Below, one piece after another: positions 37,295 through 51,826 of a stretch of 64,000 nucleotides of DNA. A model generated the notes under the pieces. It ran no database searches and had not been told where the DNA came from. It saw nothing but the letters and a program-made list of their open reading frames with translations. The stretch is from Piromyces finnis finn. Taxonomy: Eukaryota > Fungi > Neocallimastigomycota. Within the stretch, counting starts at the first letter, position 1. Each line of letters starts with the position of its first letter. Made by a program: the position numbers and the translations under genes. The stretch lies in assembly GCA_002104945.1 (NCBI GenBank), contig MCFH01000016.1, positions 1 through 64,000 of the forward strand, read 5' to 3'.

Positions 37295-39607
37295 TTACAT
37301 AATGAATTTTTGGTTTATATCCATTAATCTACCAGAACTTAATTGTGGTTTCTGTCTGAAATTAATCAAGTGTTTTCTGGTTTCCCTTAATAACTGTAAA
37401 TAAGTTAAATCAGGATGTGCCACAAGTGTTTTAATAAAAGCATAAGACATGGCACCAGTAGATATATTATTAATTTTAGTATCTGCACTTGTTTGACTAT
37501 CTTTACAACCACTTAACATGACAACATCTGCAAATGTTGATCTAGTTTCTTCTGTTTTTTTCTTAGCCTTTTCACTGTTTTTCTTGAGTTTATCCGTCTA
37601 TTTAATGATACATAATCAAATAATTTTAAATTTATTAATATATATATTTTACCTTAATCATAAATATTAATAATAATTTATTGCTAAAAATACTCACTTC
37701 AGCTAAATCAATGACATTATTTATTGTTCCTAAAATATCACCATGCATAATACTACCTAATGTTTTATTTAATGTTTTCAGGGCTGATGGTCCTTTTTGA
37801 ATAACTAATTTACCATCATCACCATAAATATATGGAAGATCAAGGGCTGTACCACTATGGCATGAATCAAAAATAGCAGTTAAACGAACACCTTCTGGTA
37901 ATGGTCTAACCATTATTGCGTTCATTTCATCATCAACAATTTGACCACTCTTCTTATAATCAACTGGTAAGATTGTTTCATCATAACCATCTACTTCATC
38001 ACCATCTATATATTAAAAAATATTAATATGAAAATGTTAAATTATTATTTAACAAAACTCTACAAAATATATTCATAATTTACCTAAATCTTTAGTTTGA
38101 CTTCCATGACCAGAGAAATGGAAGAATAACGAATCACCCGGCTTACAATCCTTTTAATTGAAAAAAATTTAACATTTAAAAATTATTTATTATTTAATCC
38201 TATTCTTTTTTTTTTTTTTTCGTATATAGAAAGTAGTTTATTTATAATAACTTACTCTTACGAGCCATTTCATAGCCTCAATAATATTCTTTCTTGTTGG
38301 CATTTTTGATGGAATTGAAGTATCATCAGTTAACACTATCATCTTATCTGGACTATCAATAAAACCAAATCTAGTAGTGAGAAGCTAAATTTTTATATGA
38401 AAATAATTAATATATTAATAAGATTATATGATGTTTTTATAATTTCAATAAACTTACCTCCTTGACATTATTAGCATCATTAATACATCCTTTTAATTGA
38501 AATTGTTGACCTATATAGTTAATACCAACTAATAATGCTTTCTTTGTTATTATTTTTTAAAAATGTAAATTTTATATTAATATTTAAATAAGTGTTAAAG
38601 TTTTTATTTTTTTTTTAATATTAATTTATTTATACTTACTTTGTTACCTTGGCAATTTGAAATTTTGTGCTAAATATTTATATTAAAAGAAATTTCAAAT
38701 TTAACATTGAGTAAAATAAAAATAACTCATTGACTATCAACATAATAATGTAATTTAATATTATATTTATATTTTAATTTTTATTAACATAACATACTTG
38801 TTGGTAATATTCGGGTGGTGGTTGATAAAAAACTGGTGCACTATTTGGAACAGGAGCATTCCATGGTTGTTGAGAATTCGAAACATTTGGATTGTTATTA
38901 TATGGTGCAACTAAATATGGATCTCCTGGACCATTATATACTGGTTGATTTTGTGGTGGATATGGTCCAGGAACAACTAAATATGGATCCCCTGGTCCAT
39001 TATATACTGATTGTTGTCTATATGAATCATATGAACCTTGATTTTGACCATATGGATCGTAGGAAGTAGACTTTTTATATGGCTGTTGATTGTATGGAGC
39101 TGGTTGACTAAATGAACCAGGTTGAGTATATGGAGTTGGTTGACTAAATGAACCAGGTTGAGTATATGGGGCTGGTTGACTAAATGAACCAGATTGAGCA
39201 TATGGAGCTGGTTGACTATATGAACCAGGTTGAGTATATGGAGCTGGTTGACTATATGAACCAGGTTGAGCATATGGAGCTGGTTGGCTATATGAACCAG
39301 GTTGAGCATATGGAGCTGGTTGGCTATATGAACCAGGTTGAGAATATGGAGCTGTTTGAGAAATTGGTTGACTAAAAGATCCTTGTTGATTGTAAGGGTT
39401 GTATGCGCCTTGTTGTTGATAAGGATTATATGGCTGTTGACCGTATGGTCTTTGTTGATTATATGGGGCTGGTTGGTTATATGATGGTGGTTGATTGTAT
39501 GGACTATTGTTATTATAAGGGTTAAATCCTGCTAAATCCTTGGGTGGATAAGGATTATTGTTATTATTATTATAATTATTCTTGTTTGGATCAGGATAAC
39601 TTATCAT
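37295..39607 (-). CDS. MCA1: Type I metacaspase with long P/Q/Y-repeat prodomain, multi-exon
   Basis: Spliced exons give [16 protein letters not shown]...[33 protein letters not shown] (catalytic His), [29 protein letters not shown] (catalytic Cys), [27 protein letters not shown]. Confidence 0.93.
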
Positions 39608-40700
39608 TGTTATAATTTATTATTTTTTTTAAAAAAATTGAAAATTATATTTTTATTATTAATAATAATTTACAATTTTATTTTTTTACAGTTAACAAAT
39701 TTTTTAACTTTACTGTCTTAATGAATATTTTTTTTTCTTTTAATTTGTAAAAAAAAAAAATTACGCTTTGTCGTTTTATCAAAACGTGAATACTTTTATT
39801 ATAAGCATATAATAAAAAAAAAAGATTAATTGTATCTTTTTTTTTTTTTTTTATATGTTTATAATAAAAAATAATAATATTTTATTTTTTCTTTTTAGTA
39901 AGATTAACTATTTTTTTTTTAATATCCCTCATTAAATATCACACAAAACTTTTAATATATAATATATAGGATTATATTATTTATATATTAATTTAATTTA
40001 AATATATTATATTTTAATATTATTTTAATATATCATTGATATATAAATTTAAAGAATCAAAAATTTTTCAACATCTGTCAAAACTAATTTCAATTAGTTT
40101 AACTCAATATTAAAAAATAATTATGTATGATATAATATTCTATTTTACACTCTAATTAAACGTTATGCATTTAAAAAAAAGAATATTGTAATTTTTTTTT
40201 TTAAAAAAAAAAGCATGTTTATAATAATTATAGTATAAATTAATTTTATTTTTATAATATAAATTAATCAAAATCGAATAATTAAAAATTTAAAAATTTT
40301 TAAAAATTATTGACATTTACCTTAACCTCTCAATTAATAATTTAACCAACCTATGAACTAAATAACTATAAATAAGAAATTAACTAAATAAATAAAAATT
40401 AGGATTAATAAATATTCATTATAATGAAAATATTAAAATGCTCTTTTATTAATAAATGCTAATATTTATTTTTTTTTCTATCTTCATTAAAATTATTTAA
40501 TATATTATATTTAATTCATTTAATAATTTTTTGTGGCATAGTAAGATAATAATAAAAAATTTTGTTCTTTGGTTAATTGAAGCTATACCACTTTCTTCTA
40601 TTGAAAATATGTATAAATAATTTTCATTTTTCTCTATTAAAATTGTTTTTTTTCCATTAACAAAAATCGAAGTAATTTTATTATTTTAATTATTAACTAA

Positions 40701-41000
40701 ATGATTACTGATAATTCAACTCTATCCAACACACTTTTAATTCTTTCTGCTGGTGATAATAATGGAAATATAATTAAAGATGAAAATGGAAAGTTTCTCG
40801 CTGTAAGCGCTACAACAGATGGTCAAAAACTTACTATTGTAGATGTAATTCCAAGTTTAAAGAAAATTTACTTATATAATATAAATAACCCTAATGTTGA
40901 AAATATAGTAAATAATCAATTCAAAAAAGTATATTTTGCTGCTATGAATGTTTATTCTAGTTCTTTGAATAAATATTCCAATCTTCTTCCGTTATTTTAA
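40701..41000 (+). CDS. Hypothetical protein or exon (99 aa), no recognised family
   Basis: Non-repetitive ORF with protein-like composition; may be the last exon of a larger gene or a relic. Confidence 0.3.
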   Translation: MITDNSTLSNTLLILSAGDNNGNIIKDENGKFLAVSATTDGQKLTIVDVIPSLKKIYLYNINNPNVENIVNNQFKKVYFAAMNVYSSSLNKYSNLLPLF

Positions 41001-42114
41001 TATATCCATTATGTTAAAAATAATATTAATATATATTTGTAAATTTAAAACTAAATAAAAACATACTTCTATATAAAGAAAGATTTCATTTTCTAAAATT
41101 ATATATTAAATAAATAAAAAAAAAATATAAAATAAATGTACTAAAATATATATAATATAATTAAATAAATAACATTTAAAACAATGTACCTTATATAGTT
41201 TTAATTCTAATTTTATATAGATAATAGAAAAATTTTACATAAATAATTTCTTTTTTTATGTCATCGAATTAATAAGTATAAGATTCGTTTTATCAACTTC
41301 TCTCTTTTCTTTTTTTCTCTTAATATTGAAACTTACACCTTTTAACTTGGAAAATTCTTTTTATTAAAAGTTTATTAAATCATTGGAATATTCTTTTACA
41401 TTTAAGAGTAAAACATGCTATTATTATTTCTATTCAAGTAATAATGAATGTTCAATGCTAGGTTTGTTAATGTCACAGTTTGTCTATTGCCTATCCTTTT
41501 TTTTTTCTGTATTGAGTTATGATTAATTATAAATAGTAAAGAGTTATATTTTTGTATAAAAAATAAAAAAAATCATAATGAATATAAGAATTGTAAAGTA
41601 CTTTTTATAATTATCTATTTAATATTTTTGAATGCTAAAGAATGCCTGTTTTGTCTATTATGCCATAAGTAAAAAAGTTTAGATGTTTTTACTTTTTAAT
41701 AAAAATTAAATCCACAAATAGAAAATTTCCAAAAGCAAACAAAAAATTAATAAATAAGGTTTGGTTACACAGAAAGAATTTTTAAATATATTATTTAATA
41801 GAGTTTAATATACTATTTATTATATATTAATAAATACACAAAGAAAAAAAAGAATATTAAAAATTTCAATTAGAATGATGATAAAAATTCCAAAAAAAAA
41901 AAATTTAATTTTAAAATAAAAAAATAAAAAAATAGAAAAAAGTAAAAAAAAAGAAAATCAATTGATGAAATTCAATAATAATAATAATAATAAATAATAA
42001 ATAATAATATTTCTTTTTTTATTTTTAAAGAAAAAAATCAACATATAAACATTAAAAGAAAAAACAATCTTCAAAATACTTTTTATTTAAAGAAAGTTTA
42101 AATAATTAAAAAAA

Positions 42115-43116
42115 ATGAGATTCACATCAATTCTTTTAACAACTATTTTAATATTTGGTATAACTTATGCTGAAAATGATTATGAACAAGATATTTCAGG
42201 TGAAACTGAACAAGATTTAAATAATAATTTTCTAGAATATGAAGAACAAAATTTAAGTAAACCACCAGATTATACCGAACAAAATTTAAGTAATGATTTT
42301 GTAGAATTGACTGAAAATAATAAGCCAATTGAAGTTATAGAAGCTGAGCAAAAACAAGAGGCTGAACAAGAAGCAAAAGAAGAAGAAGAAAAAAAAGAAG
42401 AGAAACAAGAAAATGAAGACGATGAAAAAAAAGAAGAAAAAGGTTATTATTTTTAGAACATAGTTGTTAAATACATTTAAATATAGTCATTTAAACTTAA
42501 ACACAATATTATTAAAATTTAATTATAATGGAAACAAAATTAAAGTTTCGTTAAATTTACATTTAGAATACTTAATGAGGTTTATTAAAAAAAAAATTAA
42601 GATTTAATGTTGTTATTTTTTAAATTATAAATTTTGTAAAATAACAATCAGTTAAATTAATCTTTCATTTAATTATATTATATATATTTTTATTTTTTCA
42701 TAATATATTTCTAATACAAATATACTAATATATATATATATATTTATTATAATTATATAAAAGAATGTTGGGCAAAAAAATTAAATTATCCATGTTGTAA
42801 AAAAGATAATTGTATGAAATTTTATGTAAATGATGATGGAGCTTGGGGTTTTGAGAATTGGAAATGGTGTGGTATTGATACAGAGTATTGTGATATAAAA
42901 GCAAAGGAATGCTGGGCCGAAAAATTAGGTTATAAATGTTGTCCAGACGATGTATGTACAACACTTCATAGTGACGCTAACGGAGAATGGAGTATTGTAA
43001 ATGATGAATGGTGTGGTATTATTTCTTCTCTATGTAAACGTGAATTTAGAACAGCACAAAAACCACCTGTAAAACTTCCATTACCTAAACCAACTGGATG
43101 GAATATAAAATTTTAA
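42115..43116 (+). CDS. Secreted acidic protein with two fungal dockerin (CBM10-like) repeats and no catalytic domain. Exons 42115-42442, 42764-43116
   Basis: Signal peptide MRFTSILLTTILIFGITYA and an E-rich stretch. A phase-1 intron (GT 42443, branch-like ctaat ~42725, AG 42763) joins in frame to ECWAKKLNYPCC...WGFENWKWCGI and ECWAEKLGYKCC...WSIVNDEWCGI. Confidence 0.85.
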
Positions 43117-43835
43117 TAGAAAAACTCAATGACTATAAATTAAATCATTATTTTTTTATATTTTTATAATTAATCAATTATATGTATAATCAATGATTAA
43201 TAATGCAACAACAACAACAACAACCATAATACCAACAATAAAATTTTAAAAAAAACTAGATTTAATTAAGAGTATTAATAATTTTTTTTTTCTATATAAG
43301 CATATTTTATCAATCAAATAAAAAATAAACAAACAATAATAATTCACTTTTAACTTTTAAAATAAAATCATTAATATATTATTAATATTTTAGACAGAAA
43401 CAAAACAAAACAAAAAATAATAATGATTTAAGTAATATTATAAAAAATAAATTATTATGATTATAATTTTTGTAATATTATATATATAAATTATATATGA
43501 TAGTATAATAGAATAAGCTAGCAACGATACTATAGCAAATATTTATAAGAATATTTTTAAAAGTGATATAGTATACAACAATTATTAATAATAATAAGTA
43601 TGAATAAATAATAATTCATTATTTTATCTTCTTTTAAATAGAATAATTATTATTTAATAAAAAGTTATATAACAAATACACCAACAAATTATTAGTTCAA
43701 GATTTATTATTGATTTTGTTTTTGATTTACATATTTTGTTTTTTTTTATATTTATATTTTATTTTTTATTTTATACATGTTATACTATTTATTTATTTAT
43801 TTTTTTTTTTTAATCATATAGAGTAATTTTTAAAA

Positions 43836-43870
<35 letters not shown>

Positions 43871-44273
43871 ATTTATGTAAATTCTAAATAGGTTTATTTT
43901 TTTTATAAATCTATTATATATATATATATATATATGCTTTTTTATCTAAACTTTGAATAGATGCCATTTTTTTTTTTTTTTTACAATAATCAATATCATA
44001 AAAAAATATACATTATAATTTATTTTTTTTTTTTTTTAAATTTTGTTTAATTATAATTATAGGTGTATTTTGATAATTATAAATTAATAATTAGAATATA
44101 AAATTTATGGCTATTAATTATATAAGATATATTTTATTTTTAAATTATTTATAGATAATTGTATATATTTATATTTATATATTAAATGAATTGCAAAAGA
44201 ATAGGTTTTTTTCTTTTTTAATATTATTTAATTTTTTTTTTGTTTTGTTTTTGGAGGGATTGGAAAATGGAAA

Positions 44274-47200
44274 TTAGCTGTTGGTTGAGGATAAAACATT
44301 TGAAGTATAGATCTTACATTTATTACCTCTAGTATAAATAAAATCAGCAAGATCGTAGGAAGAACGTTGATCACTACCTTTATGTCTATAGGTCATACTC
44401 TTTTGGAAATCACTCATGGTAAAGATCTTAACTTTACCTTCTTTGTATGGAATGTTTAAATTTCTGATAGAATCAGCATTCCATTCAACTTCATCCACAA
44501 TAAGTTCACCTAATCCATTAAGATAAGTTTCTACGTTGGCAAAATCATAGGTTGAATAAAGAATATCATCTAAAATTTGATCATATCTCTTCTTGATCTT
44601 TGGATGACGTAATAAATTATTAGTGAAGTAGTGTTCATAGATAGTTTCATTATAATTCACCCATGTGATACAATCATCCATAAAGTTATTTGGATTAAGA
44701 GATTTTAAGTCGTAGGAACCTACCATCGATTGATCAAAATCGGTTGGAATGAAGTGATAAATATCTCTTTCAGGATTGTAGTAAAGAGCAGTATTACTAG
44801 AAATTAAAAAGAAGTTATCTAATGGAAGAATTAAAGTATCAATTGCTAATGCTCTAAGAGTAGTTTCTACATCCAAGAATTGTTCAAGAACACTCACCGA
44901 GAATTCAGAGGTATCATCCTTGTATGTGTTAACCCATTGATCATATAATTTAATAAACTTCATAATGGGTCTGTAAAGAGCTCCTTTGTCTTTCTTTTCA
45001 TCATAATCTTCAGCTTCATATTCATCAATGACATAGTTACTTCTTTTGTAATCTTTATAATTATCTCCTACATATCTTAAATCGGCATACGGTCCATTTG
45101 GTGTTGAGGAACATAAATTATAGGTAATACCGATTTTAGCCTTGGCATCTCCATGAATATTAGCTCCAATCCATCTCTTACTAGTGGTATCAGAAATTAA
45201 GTATAAACCATAAATATCTCCATTTATGAAAACTCGAGCATAAGCTCCTTCATGAGTTGGAACACCAACAGAATTATATAATCTAGTAGCAAACTTTTCA
45301 CGTCTAAGAGATTTATCATTTGCCATTGCTCTTAATTTGAAAGATTTTCTACCAAAGAATTTTTTATTATTTAATTTAACACCCCAAGTTAACTTTTTAA
45401 ACATACGACTTGTAAAACCAATGACTTTAATTGAACCTTCATCGTGTAAGGTATCGTCTGGTGAAATGATATGGATAGTACAGTTAGCAATATTATTGTT
45501 AGTTTTTGATGTATATTTAATAAATGGAGAACCCGTTAGATTTTTGTAGCCAACTTCTTCACATTTGGCATAGAAATTATAAATTACATTATCTGGTATT
45601 CTTGGGAATTTGTCAGTATCCATACTGTAGGTATTGGTAAATGGACTTGGTGGTTCAGTAATGTCAACATTTTTATTTTTTCTGTTGTAAACTTCATTAA
45701 TTTTTGAGATTTCGCTAGAATAAGTTCTTGAAAAGGATTCTTCTTCAACAACTTCATTATTTTCATTAAGAGCAACATACTTATATTCGGTAATAGGTTC
45801 ATCTTTAATACTTCCAGTAAATAATGGGAAGAGTTTATTTTTTAATGGAATAACCCTGCCATTAGCTTTAACACCCATAGAATAACCTTCACCTAAAATT
45901 GAAACAACATTAAATTTATACTTTTGGGTTTGTATTTCAGTTGGAATTTCAGTTTCAGTTTCAGTTGGAACTTCGGTTATTGTAGAAATCTCTGTTTGTG
46001 TCTCTGCAGGAATTTCAGTTTCAGTTTCAGTTGGAACTTCGGTTATTGTAGAGACTTCTGTTTGTATAATTTTAGTTTCAGTTTCAGTTGGAACTTTGGT
46101 TATTGTAGAGACTTCTGTTTGTGTCTCTGTAGGAATTTCAGTTTCAGTTTCAGTTGGAATTTCAGAAGAAAATGAAACGACTGAAGAATAATTAGAATTT
46201 TTAAATACATCTTCTGTGGTATCAACTTCTGAAGTATAAATTTTACAGTAATTACTTCTCACATCAACAAATTCCCAAAGTTCATACGAATTACGGTGTG
46301 TTTTGGAATGTTTGTAATTCAAATTTTTTTCAAAATCTTTCATAGTAAATGTAGTGATAATTCCTTGATATGGAATATTTAAATTATCAACTGAATCGAT
46401 ATTCCATTGAACATCATCTCTAATAAGATCGGCTAAATGTACAAGATAGTTTTGAATAGTTTTGGAATCAAAAGTACTACGAACAATTTCTGCTAAAATA
46501 ATATCATATCTTTTTTTAATTAGTGGATGCTCTAATAAATGATTGATAAAGAATTGCTCATTTTTATTGCCTTTGTAATTCGCCCATGTTATGCAATCTT
46601 CAATGTAATTTTCCGAATTAAGTGAAGAAATACTCCACGATCCTACTAATGATTGATCAAGTTCATATGGAATGAATTGGTATAATCCTTTTTCGGCATT
46701 ATAGTAAAGTGCTGTGTTACTACTAACTAACCAGAAATTATCTAATGGAATAATTAAAGTTTCTACTGCTAATAATCTAAGAGTGGATTCAACATCTAAG
46801 AATTTTTGAAGTGCTTTTACAGATTCAATGGAAGTATTATTTTGGTACACCTCCATCCAGTCATTATATAATTTTGTAAATCTAATTAATTCAGTAAATT
46901 GTGATGAATGATTTAGATTATTGCCTAGTGTTTTGATTTCATAAACACCATTTTCATAGTTAGAATAATCTTCTCCTAAATACTTAAAATCGGCAAATGG
47001 TCCACTTGAAGATCCATTTAATTTATAATAATTGTTTCCAATTTTAGCATTTTCACTTCCATGAATAAAAGCTTTTATCCATTCCTTGGTTAAGTCATCA
47101 GATATCATGTAGAGACCGTAAGCATCATTATTAATAAAAAGTCTTGCAAATGCTCCTTCTTGAGTTGGAACATTAACAGCATTATACAATTTAGTTGCAA

Positions 47201-50200
47201 ACTTTTCACGCATAAGTGAATTATCATTAGCTATACCTTTCATTTTAAGTGATTTTCTTCCTAAAAATGGTTTTTCCTCTAAAGAGATGATCCATGAAAG
47301 TTTTTTAAATCTACGAGGATTGTATCCGTATAATTTCATTGAACCTGTACTTTCGAATGTATCATCAGGAGAAATAATGTGAATAGTACAATCCATAGAT
47401 AAATCATTAAAGGTTTTCTTTCCATTGAAGAATGGAGAAGAAGACAAACTAGAGTAACCTTCTTTATCACAATTAGCATAAACATTATAAATTACATTAT
47501 CTGGAATTGGCTTGATATTTTTTGAGCCTAATGGATAAATTTGTTCTAATGGAATTGGAAGATCCAAAACTTCAGCTTTATTATTTTTTCTATTATACAC
47601 TTCGTTAATTAAAGAAGTTTCTTCCGAATAAACTCTTGAAATTGATTCCTTTTCAACAATTTCATTAGCTTTATTAAGAATTACATATTTATATTCAGAA
47701 ATATTTTCACCATTAATAACACCGGTAAATAATGGGAAAAGAGTAGAATTTAATGGAATAATTTTTTCACCATACATCACTCCTATCTTATATTCTTCAC
47801 TCATTAAAGATACAACATTAAAGTTTTGAGAATCTGAAATTAAAGATTCAGTTGGAATTGGAACATCATTTTCAGTTTTAGTTGGTGATTCAGCTTCAAT
47901 TTCAGTTGAAGTTTCAATTTCAATTTCAATTGGAGTATCAGTTTCAGTTTCAATTGGAGTTTCAGTTTCATTTATAATGGATGTTGTGGTTTCAGTTTGA
48001 ATTTCAGTTTGCGTTTCAATTAGTACCTCAGTCGTTTTATTTTCATCTTTAGAGGTTGTAGTAATAAATCCTTTTTTTTCTCCAATATTAGTGTTATCAG
48101 AAGTATCAACATCATTAGTATATTCTCTGCAATAATCACCTCTAATATCAAAGAATTCTTTAAAATCATAGGATGAAGAAATAGAAGCACCTTTAACATA
48201 TGTTTTGGTATAACTTTTATCAAAATTTTTTAAATTGAAACTCATAACTTTTCCCTCATATGGAATATTTAAATTGTCAACAGCATTAACATTCCATTCA
48301 ACATCATCTCTAATAAGTTTTGCAACATTTTGAACATAATCAGTTATTGTTTTAGAAGCATAAGTACTACGAAGAGTTACAGCTAAAATAATATCATATC
48401 TTTTTCTAATTTGTGGATGTTCTAAAAGATGATTTATGAAGTAATGCTCAAATTTACCTTCGTCATTATTAGCCCAAGTAATACAGTCCTTGATGTAATT
48501 AGAAGCATTAAGGAAACTTACTTCCCAAGAACCTCTAAAAGATTGATCAAAATCATATGGTATAATTTGGTAATTATCTCTTTCTGGGTTATAATAAAGA
48601 AGGGTATTACTCATAATTATCCAAAAGTTATCTAATGGTAAAGTCAAAGTATCAACAACCATAGCCCTAAGGACAGATTCAATATTAAGGAATTTCTGAA
48701 GTGCTTCAATAGCAGCATCACTATAATCATTTTGATAAGTTCTAACCCATTCGTCATACAATCTAGTGAATTTTATTAAAGGAGTCCATTTTGTAGATTC
48801 ATCATTAGGATCTACAGCATCTTTTTCATATTCATCAATTTGATAGCTACCACTTTTTTTATATGATTTATAGTTTTCGCCTAAATATTTTAACTCAGCA
48901 TATGGTCCATTTGGTGTAGAAGAAATTAATGTATAGGAAAAACCAATCTTGGCTTTTTCATCTCCATGAACGTATGCACCAATCCATCTTTTATTGAGAC
49001 TATCAGTAAGTAAGTATAAACCATAGATATCATCATTAATAAAAAGTCTTGCATATGAACCTCCAACAGTAGGTACGTCTAATGAATAACAAATTTCAGT
49101 GGCAAGTTTTTCACGCATAAGAGAATAATCGTTTGCAATACCTCTTAATTTCATAGATTTTCTTCCATTAAACTTTTTACTATTTTCATTAAATTTTATG
49201 TTCCATGAAAGTTTTTTATATAGACGACTTCCATAACCAATTAAATGAACACTACCTTCACCTTGAAAAGTAGAATCAGGTGAAATAATATTAATAGTAC
49301 ATGGTATATCTAAATTGTTTCCACCACTTGATAAAAATGGTTGTGTTGTAACATTTTTATACAATATTTCATCACATTTTAAATAAACATTGTAAATAAC
49401 ATTATTTGGTAATTTTTGAAGCTTTTTTGAACCCATTGGAAATAATGGTATTAATGGTTTTGGAAGTTCAGGAATATCAATAGATTTATTTGTTCTTTTA
49501 TTTTTCAATTTTTTAAAAATAAAAATAAATAATTATTAATATTCGATATTGAACACAACTATTGAAAAATAAATAATTTAATATAAAAAATAATTTTTAT
49601 ATTTTTTATATTTTTATTTTTTACTCTAGAGTTTAATATTGTTAATAAATAAGTTAAAAAAAATATTGTTATATAGTTTTACCTATTATATACTTCATTT
49701 ATATTTGACATTTCATCAGAATATACTCTTACAATACTTTCCTCTTCGATAATATTATTTTTATTATCAAGAGCTACATATTTATATTGATTGATACTAT
49801 TTGCTTCAACTTCACCTTTAAATACTGTTAAAAAGAATTTATATTAATGATGGCGTTATTAAGTAAGCCAAAATTTTAATATAGAATACAGAATAAAAAT
49901 TGTCAATATTTCTTATATTATAAAATTCTCAAAGTTATATATTATTAAAGATACTCACATGGAAATAGTGTTGATTGTAATGGTACTACGTTTTCATCAT
50001 ATTTAACACCCATAGAATACCCTGTTCCTAAAATTGATACAACATTAAAGTTGTATTTTTTTGCTTTTTTAAAATTTTTAAAATAATAATAGTTTTTATT
50101 TAAATTAGATTTTTTTTACATTTTATTTTTATTAAAAAGAAATTAAATATATAAAAGGAATCATTTCATTTAAATAATGTACCATTGCAAAATGCAAATA

Positions 50201-50240
50201 ATGTTGTTGATAAAACAATTCCGAAATTTTGAATTTTCAT
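44274..50240 (-). CDS. Secreted triple-CotH polyprotein A (three modules, each an N-terminal beta-type domain plus CotH kinase, with T/E-rich linkers)
   Basis: Signal exon 50240-50183 (MKIQNFGIVLSTTLFAFCN), exons near 50060-49958 and 49830-49683, then the 1744-aa ORF with three repeats of KKL(S/T)W..., AND.SL.REK.AT, ARLFIN.D.YGLY, PLDNF...SNT.LYYN, IP(Y/T)(D/E)(F/L)DQS. Confidence 0.88.
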
Positions 50241-51649
50241 TTTTAAAATTCAAAATTAAAAGTTTTTTTTTTGTTATGTATTAATTTATGTATTTCAAAA
50301 TTGAATTATTAGGAACAACTACTTCAATTGATTTTCTTCTTTTTTTTTATTTATTACTTATAAATAGTAATGTTTTATTAATACATTTAATTCCCAAATA
50401 TATTAATATTACTATTTTTTTTTTTTTTTATAAAAGAAAAATAATTAATTTTATTTATTTATATATAGTTCAAAATTTTAATAAAATTAATTAAAATATA
50501 ATAGTAGTAAGGATAACCAATTTAAATAAAGTTTTTTTATTCAGTTAATTTATTTTTCTGTTTTTTTTTTTTTATTTAAAAATTATATTATATATTGGTT
50601 AATTTTATAATAAATTTATTATAAATAAGGTTTGTTGGTTTTATTAATACTTATTTAAACTTTAATTATTATCAAAAATAAATAAGGTGGGTTATTAAAA
50701 AAAAATGTTTTCATTTTTTTGAACTAAAAAAGATGATAAGAATTTAGCTAAAATAATAATAATATTATAATATTATTAAATATTTTAAAACCGATATAAG
50801 GATAGTAAGTGAAAGTAATAAAAGATTAGTAAATGTAGATGTTAAAATAATATATAATATTATAAATTATTATCTTTATTGTTTTTTTTTCTTTTATCAT
50901 TTTCAAGCAATCTTTAAAATTTATTTAAAAAAAAAAAATATTTTTGGAGATTTTTTTCAATTTATTTTAAGTAAATTAAAAATGAAATTAAAAATAAGCC
51001 AATAAATTTTAAATTAAATTATTTACCTTTTTATTTTTTCCACTTACTATTATTTTGTATTAAAAGGTCTTCCTTTTTTTTTTTTTTTTGTTAATATAAT
51101 GTTTATTACTTTTTCGGGTATTAACATTAATACTATATATGTTTTCCATTTTAATAATATAAAATTAACCTTTATTAGATATCTTTATTTATTCATTTTT
51201 ACTTTTAATTTTATTATTTTTAAGCTATTTTATGGATAAAAATATGTTATTGTAAGCCGCCGCTCTTTTAAATATTATACTAAATTAAAAAATAAAGTTT
51301 AAATAAATGATTTACAAATATCATGTGATATATTCATTTTTTAAATATTAAAATTTCACATAATATTAAAAAAATGATATTGTTGTTTTTTTAATGGTCT
51401 AACTTTATTTTATAATAGTAATTATGTGTAACTATTTTTTCTTAATATTTAGAATTTTTAATTTAAATTAATCATTTAAATAATAATTTAAATAAATTGG
51501 ATGTTAAAACATTTACTATTTTTTTTTACATTTCTTTTACTTTATTGGAAAGAAAAATTAATCTATGAATTTTAAAATATGACAGTTTTTTTTTCCTACT
51601 TTATTTTTTAATAAATTATGAAACATAATAATCATTAATAATAATACAA

Positions 51650-51826
<177 letters not shown>

